NCBI GenBank assembly: GCA_035623825.1
Contig: DASPSR010000049.1
Location: forward strand, 1-64,000
DNA length: 64,000 nt
Direction of reading: 5' to 3'
Origin: Nitrospirota bacterium
GTDB lineage: Bacteria > Nitrospirota > UBA9217
Shown here one piece after another: positions 38,513-48,479 of this stretch. The first letter of the stretch is position 1. Each line of letters opens with the position of its first letter. A program made the position numbers and the translations under genes. The notes beneath the pieces were generated by a model. That model was not told the origin of the DNA. It searched no databases and saw only the letters and a program-made list of their open reading frames with translations.

Positions 38513-39952
38513 ATGTTCAAACTGAGCGCTGAGGCCAAGGTGGGGTTGTTGGTGCTCGTTGGATCGATCATTCTTCTCTATATGACCTTTGCTGTCGGCA
38601 AGTACGAGTTCGGAGAAAAAAAGGGATACACCATTCAGGCGATCTTCGATTCGGTAGCCGGGCTGGATGAAAAAGCGGCAGTGCGCATGGCAGGGGTCAA
38701 GATCGGCACCGTGGAGAGGGTTGTGCTTTCCGACAGCCGCGCCAAGGTCATCATGCGTATCGATCCCGGTGTACGGATTGAGCACGGTGCCCAGGCGATC
38801 GTCAAAACGATGGGACTTCTGGGGGAGAAGTATGTCGATATCATTCCACCGGACCGCCTGCGTACGAACGATTCCGGCTCCGGGTCAGTCAGCGATCCAC
38901 CTGCTGCCGAGCAGGCACGGTATTACCAGCCCGGTGAGACGATCCAGAAGACCGCTTCGCCCAGCGATGTGGACAAACTCGTGGCCCAGCTCAGTGGCAT
39001 CGCCGATGACGTGAAGCAGGTGACGGCGTCCCTGCGGCAGGTCTTTGGCACCGAGCGGGGCACGCGGTCGATGGAGGACATCCTGGCCGACCTGCGCCAG
39101 ACCACGGCAAACATCAAGGACTTTTCCCACGCGCTCCGGAGTGACGGAACCGAGCTGGTCATGAGATTGAACGAACTGACCGCGAGCCTGAACAGCGTCG
39201 TTAGCGAAAATCGTGACAATCTTAAGGTTACGATGGAAAATATCCGCGAAGCGTCAAAGAACGCGGAAATGGCATTGGCTTCCATTGAGGATGCATCACG
39301 AAAGATAGATCGAGGAGAGGGAACACTCGGGAAGCTCGTGACCGACGAGAGCATGTATAACAGCATCGACAGCGCTGCCAAGGGGATAAGCGATTATACC
39401 TCTCGTGTCGAGCGCTTGAAGACGACCATCGGCTTCCGGAGTGAATACATGTTCCCGCAGGTCAAGGACTATTTCACGCTGGAGCTCAAGCCCCGGACGG
39501 ACCAGTACTATATCCTCGAGCTGGTTTCCGACCCGTTCGGCAAATTCTCGCAGACACAGACGACATCCACGCCTCCCGGGACCACCGTCGTAACAAACAC
39601 CTATGAGTACAAACTCAAGTACACCATCGAGTTTGCCAAGCGATTCGGCAACCTCGCATTTCGCATGGGATTGATCGAGTCCACAGGCGGAGCCGCCGTG
39701 GACTACTTTGCCCTCGATGACAGGATCAAGTTCAGCTTTGACGTCTGGAACACCGATAGCAAAGAACCTAACAACACGAGGGCGCACATGAAGGCGACGG
39801 CCACTTACGACCTGAACAAGTTCTTCTTCATCGACGCCGGCTATGACAATTTCCTGAACCCCAAACTGGCCTTTCCCTTTGTGGGGATAGGGCTGCGATT
39901 CAGCGACGAGGATTTAAAATACTATCTCGGGAGCGTGCCGATGCCTAAGTAA
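38513..39952 (+). CDS. mlaD: Long MCE/MlaD protein with helical stalk and beta-rich C-terminus
   Basis: EAKVG TM; MCE motifs VAGL...VRMAGVKIG...GLLGEKYV; GEGTLGKLV; alternating amphipathic beta strands in the last ~180 aa. Confidence 0.9.
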   Translation: MFKLSAEAKVGLLVLVGSIILLYMTFAVGKYEFGEKKGYTIQAIFDSVAGLDEKAAVRMAGVKIGTVERVVLSDSRAKVIMRIDPGVRIEHGAQAIVKTMGLLGEKYVDIIPPDRLRTNDSGSGSVSDPPAAEQARYYQPGETIQKTASPSDVDKLVAQLSGIADDVKQVTASLRQVFGTERGTRSMEDILADLRQTTANIKDFSHALRSDGTELVMRLNELTASLNSVVSENRDNLKVTMENIREASKNAEMALASIEDASRKIDRGEGTLGKLVTDESMYNSIDSAAKGISDYTSRVERLKTTIGFRSEYMFPQVKDYFTLELKPRTDQYYILELVSDPFGKFSQTQTTSTPPGTTVVTNTYEYKLKYTIEFAKRFGNLAFRMGLIESTGGAAVDYFALDDRIKFSFDVWNTDSKEPNNTRAHMKATATYDLNKFFFIDAGYDNFLNPKLAFPFVGIGLRFSDEDLKYYLGSVPMPK

Positions 39953-39982
39953 TTTCACGCCGTTTTTTAACGGGATGCGACC

Positions 39983-40011
39983 TTGACTTTTGCGGGGCAG
40001 TCTCTTAGAAT
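39983..40011 (+). promoter_or_regulatory. sigma70 promoter for galU-lon-thiL
   Basis: TTGACT-17 nt-TAGAAT. Confidence 0.65.
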
Positions 40012-40029
40012 GACGCAAAGGAGCGAATC

Positions 40030-40899
40030 GTGCAGAAAGGGATTATAAAGGCGGTTTTCCCAGCCGCGGGTATGGGTACGAGGTTTCTACCGGCGACGAA
40101 GGCGTCTCCCAAAGAGATGCTCCCGCTCGTGGACAAACCTCTGATACAGTACGTGATTGAAGAGGCTGTGCAGTCGGGCATTGAAGAGGTCGTGCTGGTC
40201 ACCGGGAGGGGCAAACGGGCGATCGAGGATCATTTCGACGTGGCATTCGAGCTCGAAGAGGACCTCAGGGCAAAGGGCAAACATAAACTGCTTTCCGAGG
40301 TGCAGCGCATCGCCAACATGGTGACGTTTTGTTATATCCGCCAGAAGAAGGCCCTCGGCCTTGGTCACGCGGTTTTGACGTCCAAGAGGGTCGTGGGGAA
40401 TGAACCGTTCGCCGTGCTCCTCGGGGACGACATCATTGATTCGGATGTTCCCGCGCTCAGACAGATGATGGTTGTTTATGAGAGGTATCCGTCCACGATT
40501 CTTGCCATCCAGAAAGTACCGAAGTCCCAGACACAGCACTACGGTATCATTGACGCAAAAGAAATCGAGGAAGGCATCTACCTTGTAAAAGATCTTGTGG
40601 AGAAGCCTGCGCCCCATGAGGCGCCGTCGAACCTTGCAATCATCGGCCGATATATACTGACCCCTGAGATTTTTGGGGAACTAGAGCGAACACGACCCGG
40701 CAAAGGCGGTGAGATACAGTTGACCGACGGCCTTAGGTTGCTTATGGAAAGACAGCCGATCTACGCATACGAGGTCAAGGGCGTTCGGCATGATGCCGGC
40801 GATAAACTGGGATTTTTGAAGGCCACCGTCGAGTTCGGGTTGAAGAATGAGGAGTTTGGCACGGAGTTCAGGAACTACCTGCAGCATTTGAAATTGTGA
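40030..40899 (+). CDS. galU: UTP-glucose-1-phosphate uridylyltransferase
   Basis: PAAGMGTRFLPATKASPKEMLP, VEKP and GEIQLTD motifs. Confidence 0.96.
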   Translation: MQKGIIKAVFPAAGMGTRFLPATKASPKEMLPLVDKPLIQYVIEEAVQSGIEEVVLVTGRGKRAIEDHFDVAFELEEDLRAKGKHKLLSEVQRIANMVTFCYIRQKKALGLGHAVLTSKRVVGNEPFAVLLGDDIIDSDVPALRQMMVVYERYPSTILAIQKVPKSQTQHYGIIDAKEIEEGIYLVKDLVEKPAPHEAPSNLAIIGRYILTPEIFGELERTRPGKGGEIQLTDGLRLLMERQPIYAYEVKGVRHDAGDKLGFLKATVEFGLKNEEFGTEFRNYLQHLKL

Positions 40900-40962
40900 A
40901 GATCCGCTGATGACAGCGGATCGGAGCGAAAATGATAGCTTACCCAGTGCGAGGAGGATGAT

Positions 40963-43374
40963 TTGGCGAAAACGGAAACAAAAAACATCGATCTCCAGCA
41001 ATCCATCGAAATACCGAAGAGGCTGCCACTGCTCCCGATCAGGGACATCGTGGTCTTCCCGTATATGGTCCTTCCGCTCTTCGTCGGCAGAGAGATGTCC
41101 ATCAAGGCGATCGAGGTGGCGCTTGAGGGAAACCGCATGATATTTCTGGCCTCCCAGAAGGATATCAATGTGGAAAATCCCTCCCCATCCGATCTGTATT
41201 CCGTTGGCACTGTAGGGGTAATCATGCGCATGCTGAAGCTGCCGGACGGCCGCATTAAGATACTCGTTCAGGGAGTGGCGCGGGCTAAGACGCTCAAATT
41301 CCTTCAGAAGGAACCCTTCTATCAGGTGGAGATAAAGACATTCCCCGATGTTTCCAACCCGGTTTCGATCGAGACCGAGGCGTTGATGCGGAATGTGAAA
41401 GAGCAAATTGAGAAACTGGTGTCCTTCGGGAAGGTCATCCTGCCCGACATTATGGTGGTCATCGAGAACGTGGACGACGCGGGCAAACTCGCCGATCTTG
41501 CCGTTGCTAATATGGGGCTCAAGGTCGAGCAGGCGCAGGATATTCTGGAAATTACAGATCCGATCCAACGGATCAAACGAATCAACGAAGCCTTGGGCAA
41601 GGAGATCGAACTTCTCTCCATGCAGCAGAAGATTCAGGCCGATGTTCGCGGCGAAATCGACAAGACGCAGCGGGAATACTTCCTGCGCGAGCAGCTGAAG
41701 GCGATCCAGCGGGAGCTTGGCGAGACCGATGATCGGTCCGAAGACCTGCGCGAACTGCGCGAGAAGATAAAAGAAGCGAAGATGCCTGAGAAGGCTGCCA
41801 AAGAGGCGGAGAAACAGCTCAGGAGGCTTGAACGGATGCATCCGGACGCTGCGGAGGCCTCCATGACCAGGACGTACATCGAATGGCTCGCTGACCTTCC
41901 GTGGAGCAAGGCGACCAAGGACAACCTTGACCTTAAGGCGGCGCACAGGGTTCTCGAGGAAGACCATTACGATCTTGAAAAGGTAAAGGAGAGGATTTTG
42001 GAATACCTCTCCGTCCGCAAACTCAAGGAGAAGATGAAAGGCCCTATCCTCTGTTTCGTCGGCCCTCCGGGAGTGGGCAAAACATCGCTAGGAAAGTCCA
42101 TCGCTCGGGCATTAGGCAGAGAATTTGTCCGCATTTCTCTGGGAGGAGTCCGGGACGAGGCGGAGATCCGAGGCCACCGGCGGACCTACGTCGGCGCTCT
42201 GCCCGGCAGGATCATTCAGGGCATCAAGACCGCCGGTTCCAACAATCCCGTTTTCATGCTGGACGAGATCGACAAAATCGGTGCCGACTTCCGCGGAGAC
42301 CCGTCCGCGGCCCTGCTCGAGGTGCTCGACCCCGAACAGAACAACTCGTTTAGCGACCACTACATCGGACTGGCTTTCGACCTTTCGCGTGTGATGTTCA
42401 TCACGACCGCAAACATGACAGATCCCATCCCATCGCCGCTCAGGGACAGGATGGAGATTATCAATCTGTCTGGCTACACCGAACAAGAGAAACTCGGCAT
42501 CGCGAAGAGTTACCTGATCCCCCGGCAGATGCTGGAACACGGCATAACGGAAAAGCAGATCAGCATACCGGATAAGACCGTCCTCCAGGTCATTGCGCAG
42601 TACACGCGCGAGGCGGGCGTGAGGAACCTGGAGCGAGAGATCGGCCACCTCTGTCGCAAGGTCGCGAGGAAGATTGCCGAGGGCGAGACCGGCCTATTCA
42701 CGATTACACCGAACAACCTCCACCAATACTTGGGGGTACCCAAGTACCTGCCGGAGGTCGAGCGTGAGAAGGACGAGGTGGGTGTTGTGACCGGACTTGC
42801 CTGGACCGAGACCGGCGGAGATGTGCTGTATATCGAGGCGACCACCATGCGCGGCAAGGGAAATCTTACGCTCACCGGTCATCTCGGCGACGTTATGAAG
42901 GAATCAGCACACGCGGCGCTTACCTATGTGCGCTCCCGGGCCGGGGAACTGGGCATCAAGATCGAGCAATTCGGGAAGACAGATGTCCATATCCATGTGC
43001 CGGCGGGAGCCATTCCCAAGGACGGACCGTCGGCGGGGGTTACCATGGCCACCGCGCTTGCATCGGTCTTCATGAACTCACCGGTGAAAAAGGACCTCGC
43101 CATGACCGGTGAAGTTACTCTCAGGGGACGGGTTCTGCCCATCGGCGGCCTCAAGGAGAAAACACTTGCGGCCAAGCGGGCGGGGATCAAGACTATGATC
43201 ATTCCGAAGCAGAACGAAAAGGACCTCGACGACATACCGAAAAATCTCAAGAAAGACATGAAATTCATTTTTGTCGAGACCATGGACGAAGTCATATCGT
43301 CTGCACTCCGCAAAAAACCGCCGCGCCGGATAGCACACCAGAGACTTCCCGGCAGGTCCCGGGCCACACACTGA
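40963..43374 (+). CDS. lon: ATP-dependent Lon protease
   Basis: [24 protein letters not shown] (catalytic Ser) and IGGLKEK motifs. Confidence 0.98.
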   Translation: MAKTETKNIDLQQSIEIPKRLPLLPIRDIVVFPYMVLPLFVGREMSIKAIEVALEGNRMIFLASQKDINVENPSPSDLYSVGTVGVIMRMLKLPDGRIKILVQGVARAKTLKFLQKEPFYQVEIKTFPDVSNPVSIETEALMRNVKEQIEKLVSFGKVILPDIMVVIENVDDAGKLADLAVANMGLKVEQAQDILEITDPIQRIKRINEALGKEIELLSMQQKIQADVRGEIDKTQREYFLREQLKAIQRELGETDDRSEDLRELREKIKEAKMPEKAAKEAEKQLRRLERMHPDAAEASMTRTYIEWLADLPWSKATKDNLDLKAAHRVLEEDHYDLEKVKERILEYLSVRKLKEKMKGPILCFVGPPGVGKTSLGKSIARALGREFVRISLGGVRDEAEIRGHRRTYVGALPGRIIQGIKTAGSNNPVFMLDEIDKIGADFRGDPSAALLEVLDPEQNNSFSDHYIGLAFDLSRVMFITTANMTDPIPSPLRDRMEIINLSGYTEQEKLGIAKSYLIPRQMLEHGITEKQISIPDKTVLQVIAQYTREAGVRNLEREIGHLCRKVARKIAEGETGLFTITPNNLHQYLGVPKYLPEVEREKDEVGVVTGLAWTETGGDVLYIEATTMRGKGNLTLTGHLGDVMKESAHAALTYVRSRAGELGIKIEQFGKTDVHIHVPAGAIPKDGPSAGVTMATALASVFMNSPVKKDLAMTGEVTLRGRVLPIGGLKEKTLAAKRAGIKTMIIPKQNEKDLDDIPKNLKKDMKFIFVETMDEVISSALRKKPPRRIAHQRLPGRSRATH

Positions 43375-43377
43375 TCC

Positions 43378-44382
43378 ATGAGAATATCAGACCTGGGAGA
43401 ATTTGGCCTGATTCGGAATATCCAGAGGTTGTCGTTCCGGAAAACGTCTAAAGCGCTGATCGGTATCGGAGACGATGCCGCGGCGCTGAAGGTTGCCTCA
43501 TCAAAGGTACTCCTCGCCACGACGGATATGCTCCTCGAAGAAGTGCACTTCGACCTCTCCTTCACGGATCTTTATTCCCTGGGGTGGAAATCTGCAGCTG
43601 TAAATTTGAGCGATATCGCCGCAATGGGGGGAGTCCCCTGCTATTGCCTGACCGGGCTCGGAATTCCGGATCAAGTCACCGCAGAACAGATCATGGAATT
43701 TTATCGCGGGTTCAATGCTCTATTGAAAATGCACAGGGCGACTCTCGTTGGTGGAGATACGTGTCATTCCCGGAATGGGATGGTGATCAGCGTTACCGTT
43801 CTCGGCGAAGTTGAGAAAAAGAACCTCCTTTCCCGCGCCGGAGCCCGGCCAGGAGACAGGGTGTTCGTGACGGGCACCTTGGGAGGTTCAGCCGCAGGAC
43901 TGGAGATTCTGCAGAAAGGTATAAGGAGCAAGGGAGCAGAGGCGAAAAGACTGATTACAGTGCATCTTCGCCCAGTTCCGCGCACGGCGGAAGGCAGGGC
44001 GATCGCACGGTCCGGATGCGCAAGCGCGATGATCGACATCAGCGACGGGCTCTCATCCGACATCGCCCATATCTGCGAACAGAGCGGCGTTGGAGCAGTA
44101 ATATACGGGGACAGAATACCGATTTCTCCTTCACTCATGAGGCTTTCCAGTCGCCTCACGATGCCGGTGCTGCATTACGCGCTGTCTGGTGGGGAAGATT
44201 ATGAACTCCTGCTCACGGTACCGCCCGGCAAGCTAAACAAACTGCAATCGCTGCATCTCCCCGTAACCGAGATCGGAAAGATTACACGAAGCAAAGCGCT
44301 GATGCTCGTGGACCATACTGGCAGGAAGAACACCCTTCAGCCGACGGGGTACGAACATTTCCGAAGGATGAAGAGAACCTAG
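43378..44382 (+). CDS. thiL: Thiamine-monophosphate kinase
   Basis: GEFGLI, GIGDDAA, NLSDIAAMG, DISDGL and GGEDYELL motifs. Confidence 0.95.
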   Translation: MRISDLGEFGLIRNIQRLSFRKTSKALIGIGDDAAALKVASSKVLLATTDMLLEEVHFDLSFTDLYSLGWKSAAVNLSDIAAMGGVPCYCLTGLGIPDQVTAEQIMEFYRGFNALLKMHRATLVGGDTCHSRNGMVISVTVLGEVEKKNLLSRAGARPGDRVFVTGTLGGSAAGLEILQKGIRSKGAEAKRLITVHLRPVPRTAEGRAIARSGCASAMIDISDGLSSDIAHICEQSGVGAVIYGDRIPISPSLMRLSSRLTMPVLHYALSGGEDYELLLTVPPGKLNKLQSLHLPVTEIGKITRSKALMLVDHTGRKNTLQPTGYEHFRRMKRT

Positions 44383-44414
44383 AACGCTCGAGGAGACAGA
44401 CCGCAGGTATTCTC

Positions 44415-44858
44415 ATGAAGTATATCAGAGACCGCATTAGAAGCTTTTTCCATCTGAAAGACTCAGCGAACAGACTGGCATCCGCTTTCGCCCTCGGAGT
44501 GTTCATTGCGTTCACACCTACCATAGGATTGCACACGATCAGCTGTCTCTTTTTTGCCTGGATATTCAGGTTGAGCAAGCTCGTGGTTCTCACCGGGGCT
44601 TTCATCAACAATCCCTGGACCATCGTCCCCCTGTACGGCTTCTGCCTGTGGTTTGGCATCAGGATCACGGGCAGTGACGTGGTGACCCCTCGCATCGCGT
44701 GGAATGATCTCACGGTAACGAATGCTTACCTCATCCTCAAACCCTATCTGTGGCCATTTATCGCAGGGACCCTCGTGGTCGGGGCCGTTGCCGCAATTGT
44801 TTCTTACGGTATTATGTACTGGGCCATTGTACAGCACAGAAAAACGGATCTACCATGA
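44415..44858 (+). CDS. DUF2062-family membrane protein
   Basis: LASAFALGVFIAFTPTIGLHT...INNPWT pattern. Confidence 0.8.
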   Translation: MKYIRDRIRSFFHLKDSANRLASAFALGVFIAFTPTIGLHTISCLFFAWIFRLSKLVVLTGAFINNPWTIVPLYGFCLWFGIRITGSDVVTPRIAWNDLTVTNAYLILKPYLWPFIAGTLVVGAVAAIVSYGIMYWAIVQHRKTDLP

Positions 44859-45006
44859 GCCGATTGCCGGCTCATTGAATGCGCGTCCTGTATCGTTGAG
44901 TCCCTTCGGTATGTGCTGATGCTCATGCCAAGGGTTACAGGACCGGCCCATTGCCGCTTTCCGGGTGCCCCATGGCGCATGCGAAATAAAGCGCAGCGAA
45001 AAAAAT

Positions 45007-45058
45007 GGCATAGCCGCTATGCCGCACTATTGACTGTTTGAATCATGTGGATTAAGAT
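45007..45058 (+). promoter_or_regulatory. Perfect palindrome (possible operator) followed by a sigma70 promoter for the GT cluster
   Basis: GGCATAGC-C-GCTATGCC at 45007-45023; TTGACT(45030)-17 nt-TAAGAT(45053). Confidence 0.55.
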
Positions 45059-45110
45059 ATCGTACTGTTAACTCGGACAGAAATACAGGGTTCAGGATGG
45101 AGGACAGGGT

Positions 45111-46133
45111 CTGAAGGCACCGCTTGTTTCTGTTGTGATCGTGAATTGGAACGGAAAGCATCTTCTGGGCGAATGTCTCGAATCGCTCCGCCGCCAGACG
45201 TTCCAGGATTTTGAAATCGTCATTGTCGATAACGACTCGCGAGATGGTTCCGTAGAGTACATCCGCGAGCGGTATCGGGAAGTCAATCTCGTCACTCTGC
45301 CGGTCAATAAGGGATTTGCCGGCGGCAATAACGCCGGGATACGGATCGCCTCCGGAAGCTATATCGCGCTTTTGAACAATGATACAAAAACCGATCCAAC
45401 CTGGCTGGAGAACTTGATCAAGGAGGCAGAATCAAACCCTGCCGCCGGAATGCTGGCGTGTAAGATTCTTTCTTACAGTGATCCTGACATAATCGATAAT
45501 GTCGGGCTTCTCATATACCGCGATGGCCTCGCCAGGGGGAAAGGCAGGCTTGAACGAGACCGGGGACAGTACGATCAGAAAGGCGAAGCGCTTTTCCCGA
45601 GCGGGTGCGCCGGATTATATCGCAGGAATCTTCTGGAAGAAACGGGCCTTTTCGACGAGGAGTTCTTCGCGTATGCCGATGATGTGGATCTCGGACTTCG
45701 CGGAAGGCTGACGGGCTGGGGATGCGTCTACGTCCCCGCAGCAAAAGTGTACCACAAGTATTCGTCCTCCTCGGCTTCTTATTCTTCGCTGAAGGCTTTT
45801 TTAGTTGAACGAAACAGGGTGTGGGTGCTGCTCAAGTACTATCCTGCCGAGCTTATTGTTGCGAGCGCATACTTCACCGCCAAGCGTCTCCTGCTGCAGT
45901 TCTACGGCGCGCTATCCGGGAAGGGGGCCAGCGGCAGGTTCACAGCTGAAAACAGCATGTTTCACGCGGTCACTGTGTTGCTGCGGGCATGGTGCTCAGC
46001 ACTTGCGGCCACACCGCAGGTGCTGAGACAACGGTGGGAGTTTGCCAAGAAAAAACGTATCGGACGGCGTGAGTTCTACCGGTTAATTCGCGAGTTTGGG
46101 ATCTCGGCGTCAGAGATAGCGCTGAGGGACTAG
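45111..46133 (+). CDS. Glycosyltransferase family 2 (WbbL-like); probable CTG start at 45111, otherwise GTG at 45135
   Basis: PLVSVVIVNWNG, VDNDSRDGS, NKGFAGGNN, LLNND and FFAYADDVDL motifs. Confidence 0.9.
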   Translation: MKAPLVSVVIVNWNGKHLLGECLESLRRQTFQDFEIVIVDNDSRDGSVEYIRERYREVNLVTLPVNKGFAGGNNAGIRIASGSYIALLNNDTKTDPTWLENLIKEAESNPAAGMLACKILSYSDPDIIDNVGLLIYRDGLARGKGRLERDRGQYDQKGEALFPSGCAGLYRRNLLEETGLFDEEFFAYADDVDLGLRGRLTGWGCVYVPAAKVYHKYSSSSASYSSLKAFLVERNRVWVLLKYYPAELIVASAYFTAKRLLLQFYGALSGKGASGRFTAENSMFHAVTVLLRAWCSALAATPQVLRQRWEFAKKKRIGRREFYRLIREFGISASEIALRD

Positions 46134-46136
46134 ATT

Positions 46137-46826
46137 ATGAAGACATTGATAATTGTGCCAGCATATAACGAGGAAGAAAGCCTTCCCGGGGTGATACGCG
46201 ACCTGAGGGAGAACATCCGGTTCGCAGATATATTAGTCGTGAATGATGGTTCGCGGGATGCGACGGCGCGGACTGCCGAAGAGATGGGTGTCGTGGTTGT
46301 AAGCCTTCCGTTCAACCTCGGCATCGGCGGGGCGATGCAGGCAGGATATCTATACGCTGAGCAGGGAGGCTATGACATCGCCGTCCAATTTGACGGCGAC
46401 GGCCAACACCTTGCCGGGGAGATAGAGAAGTTGCTGCGCCAGATAAATGAAGGGAGCGCTGATCTCGTTGTTGGTTCCCGTTTCTTGAAGCGGGGGCGGT
46501 ATAATGCCTCTGTCTTCCGGAAAATAGGCATATGGATTTTTTCAGCTGTTCTTTCCCGAATCCTCGGAATGCCAGTGACCGACAGTACCTCGGGTTTTCG
46601 AGCTGCAAACCGCCGGGTGATCACATTTTTTTCCCGCACATATCCTGACGATTACCCGGAGGTGGAGGCGCTCGTCCTCCTTCACAAGGCAAAAATGCGG
46701 ATAGCCGAGGTGCCGGTCAGCATGCGCGAGCGCACGGGAGGAAGATCCTCAATAACCCCTATCCGTTCGGCGTATTACATGATAAAGGTTCTCTTGGCGA
46801 TCTTTATCGATTTGCTTAAAAAGTGA
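46137..46826 (+). CDS. Polyprenol-phosphate glycosyltransferase (DPM-synthase-like GT2)
   Basis: VPAYNEE, VNDGSRD, NLGIGGA, FDGDGQH, VGSRF and TDSTSGFRA motifs. Confidence 0.88.
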   Translation: MKTLIIVPAYNEEESLPGVIRDLRENIRFADILVVNDGSRDATARTAEEMGVVVVSLPFNLGIGGAMQAGYLYAEQGGYDIAVQFDGDGQHLAGEIEKLLRQINEGSADLVVGSRFLKRGRYNASVFRKIGIWIFSAVLSRILGMPVTDSTSGFRAANRRVITFFSRTYPDDYPEVEALVLLHKAKMRIAEVPVSMRERTGGRSSITPIRSAYYMIKVLLAIFIDLLKK

Positions 46827-46834
46827 GGTGGACA

Positions 46835-47209
46835 ATGGACCTGTTAAAAATTCTGGCAATCGTTGGAAGCGGGACGGTTTTGTTCCTCGTGATCGAACTG
46901 ATACGGCGAGGACGACTCAAAGAGCGCTATTCACTGCTATGGCTTTTTGCCAGTGGAGTGCTGCTGATCCTCTCATCATCGAGGGATATTCTCAAATATA
47001 TTTCAGACATGATGGGCATCTATTATCCGCCTTCGTTTCTTTTCCTGCTCGCGTTTTTGTTTCTGCTTCTGATCACCCTGCACTTCTCTGTGACTATCTC
47101 GGGGCTTTCGGAAAAAAATAAAAGGTTGGCTCAAGAGTTGGCGCTGTTACGCCAGGAAATGCGGGAATCCATCGGCAGGAGGCATGTCGACAGACCGGGG
47201 AAGGAATGA
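46835..47209 (+). CDS. DUF2304-family small membrane protein
   Basis: IRRGRLKERYSLLW...GIYYPPSFLF...KRLAQELALL; follows the DPM-like GT2. Confidence 0.85.
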   Translation: MDLLKILAIVGSGTVLFLVIELIRRGRLKERYSLLWLFASGVLLILSSSRDILKYISDMMGIYYPPSFLFLLAFLFLLLITLHFSVTISGLSEKNKRLAQELALLRQEMRESIGRRHVDRPGKE

Positions 47210-47294
47210 AGAGGGGAAATTATTCTTTACATTGCTAGGCGGACGTGTTACATAGTATACGCACGTACTGCACAAAAGGAGGATATGCAACCAA

Positions 47295-48479
47295 ATGGGG
47301 TCATTTCGCGGTAGCTTGGAAAAGATATTCCATAGCAATCGGTTTAACGCCATTGCGTTCGGCGTCATTGCGGCAATAATCCTGATAGCGTATTCCAATA
47401 CCTTTACGGCAAGCTTTCACTTTGACGATACCGCATCGATTGAAGAAAATTATCTGATTAAACGCGTGACCATGGATAATCTCATCAGCATCATGAAGGG
47501 CGTCCGGCCCGTGGTCTACCTGAGCATCATGCTCAATTACCAACTGAGCGGCCTGAATGTGGTCGGATGGCATGTTTTCAACATTGGACTTCATGTTGCC
47601 AACAGCTTTCTCATCTATCTGCTTATCAGCAGGACGCTGAGTTTGCCGACATTGGCAAAACGGTATGCTGATAAGGCGAAGAGGATGGCCCTGTTCGCTG
47701 CGCTTCTGTTTGCGGTACACCCTATCCAGACAGAAGCCGTCACCTACATCATAAGCCGCACTGAATTGCTGGCAACCTTTTTTTACCTGGCCGCATTTCT
47801 GTTGTTCATCCAGGGGACGCAGAAGCGCGCCTCTTCATATTATATCGGCGTCTTTTTCTCATCTCTCCTGGCTATTGGATCAAAAGAGTGGGCGGTGACC
47901 CTGCCCGCAATGCTCATGCTTTATGATTATATGTTTTTTTCGGAGGGAAATATAAAAAATGTCCTGTCCCATTGGAAGGCATTCGTGCTTGCAGCTTTGC
48001 CGTGGGGTTTGCTCGCTTATAACTTAAATTTAACCTCCGGTACAAGTGTTGGATTCAATGTGTCAACTCCGAGCGGCATAACCCCTGTTTCATACCTGCT
48101 GACTTCGTTCAATGTTATCTGGACCTATGTCAGGCTTTTGATCTTTCCGGTCAATCAAAACCTCGATTACGATTACCGGATTGCCAAGACACTGTTTGAA
48201 TTCCCTACATTACTGTCCTTGTTGGGACATGTAGCCCTCGTAGGGATAGCATTCTGGCTCTATAAAAAGAGAGGATGGCAATTAACATTCTTCGGGGTGG
48301 CGTGGTTTTACATAGCATTATCTCCTGTGCAGAGCTTTGTGCCGGTCATCGATGTCATTTTTGAGCATAGGCTCTATATGCCATCGATCGGGTTCTTTCT
48401 TGTTTTTGTCGTTGCCTATGAGAACTTCTTCGAATGGTGGGAAACAAAACAGTTGATAAGGAGAAGTTCCGCAGCATGA
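47295..48479 (+). CDS. TMTC-like GT-C membrane glycosyltransferase lacking the C-terminal TPR region
   Basis: YSNTF...FHFDD, RPV, HVFNIGLH, LFAVHPIQTEAVTYIISR, SKE and FEHRLYMPSIG motifs; multi-TM. Confidence 0.85.
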   Translation: MGSFRGSLEKIFHSNRFNAIAFGVIAAIILIAYSNTFTASFHFDDTASIEENYLIKRVTMDNLISIMKGVRPVVYLSIMLNYQLSGLNVVGWHVFNIGLHVANSFLIYLLISRTLSLPTLAKRYADKAKRMALFAALLFAVHPIQTEAVTYIISRTELLATFFYLAAFLLFIQGTQKRASSYYIGVFFSSLLAIGSKEWAVTLPAMLMLYDYMFFSEGNIKNVLSHWKAFVLAALPWGLLAYNLNLTSGTSVGFNVSTPSGITPVSYLLTSFNVIWTYVRLLIFPVNQNLDYDYRIAKTLFEFPTLLSLLGHVALVGIAFWLYKKRGWQLTFFGVAWFYIALSPVQSFVPVIDVIFEHRLYMPSIGFFLVFVVAYENFFEWWETKQLIRRSSAA

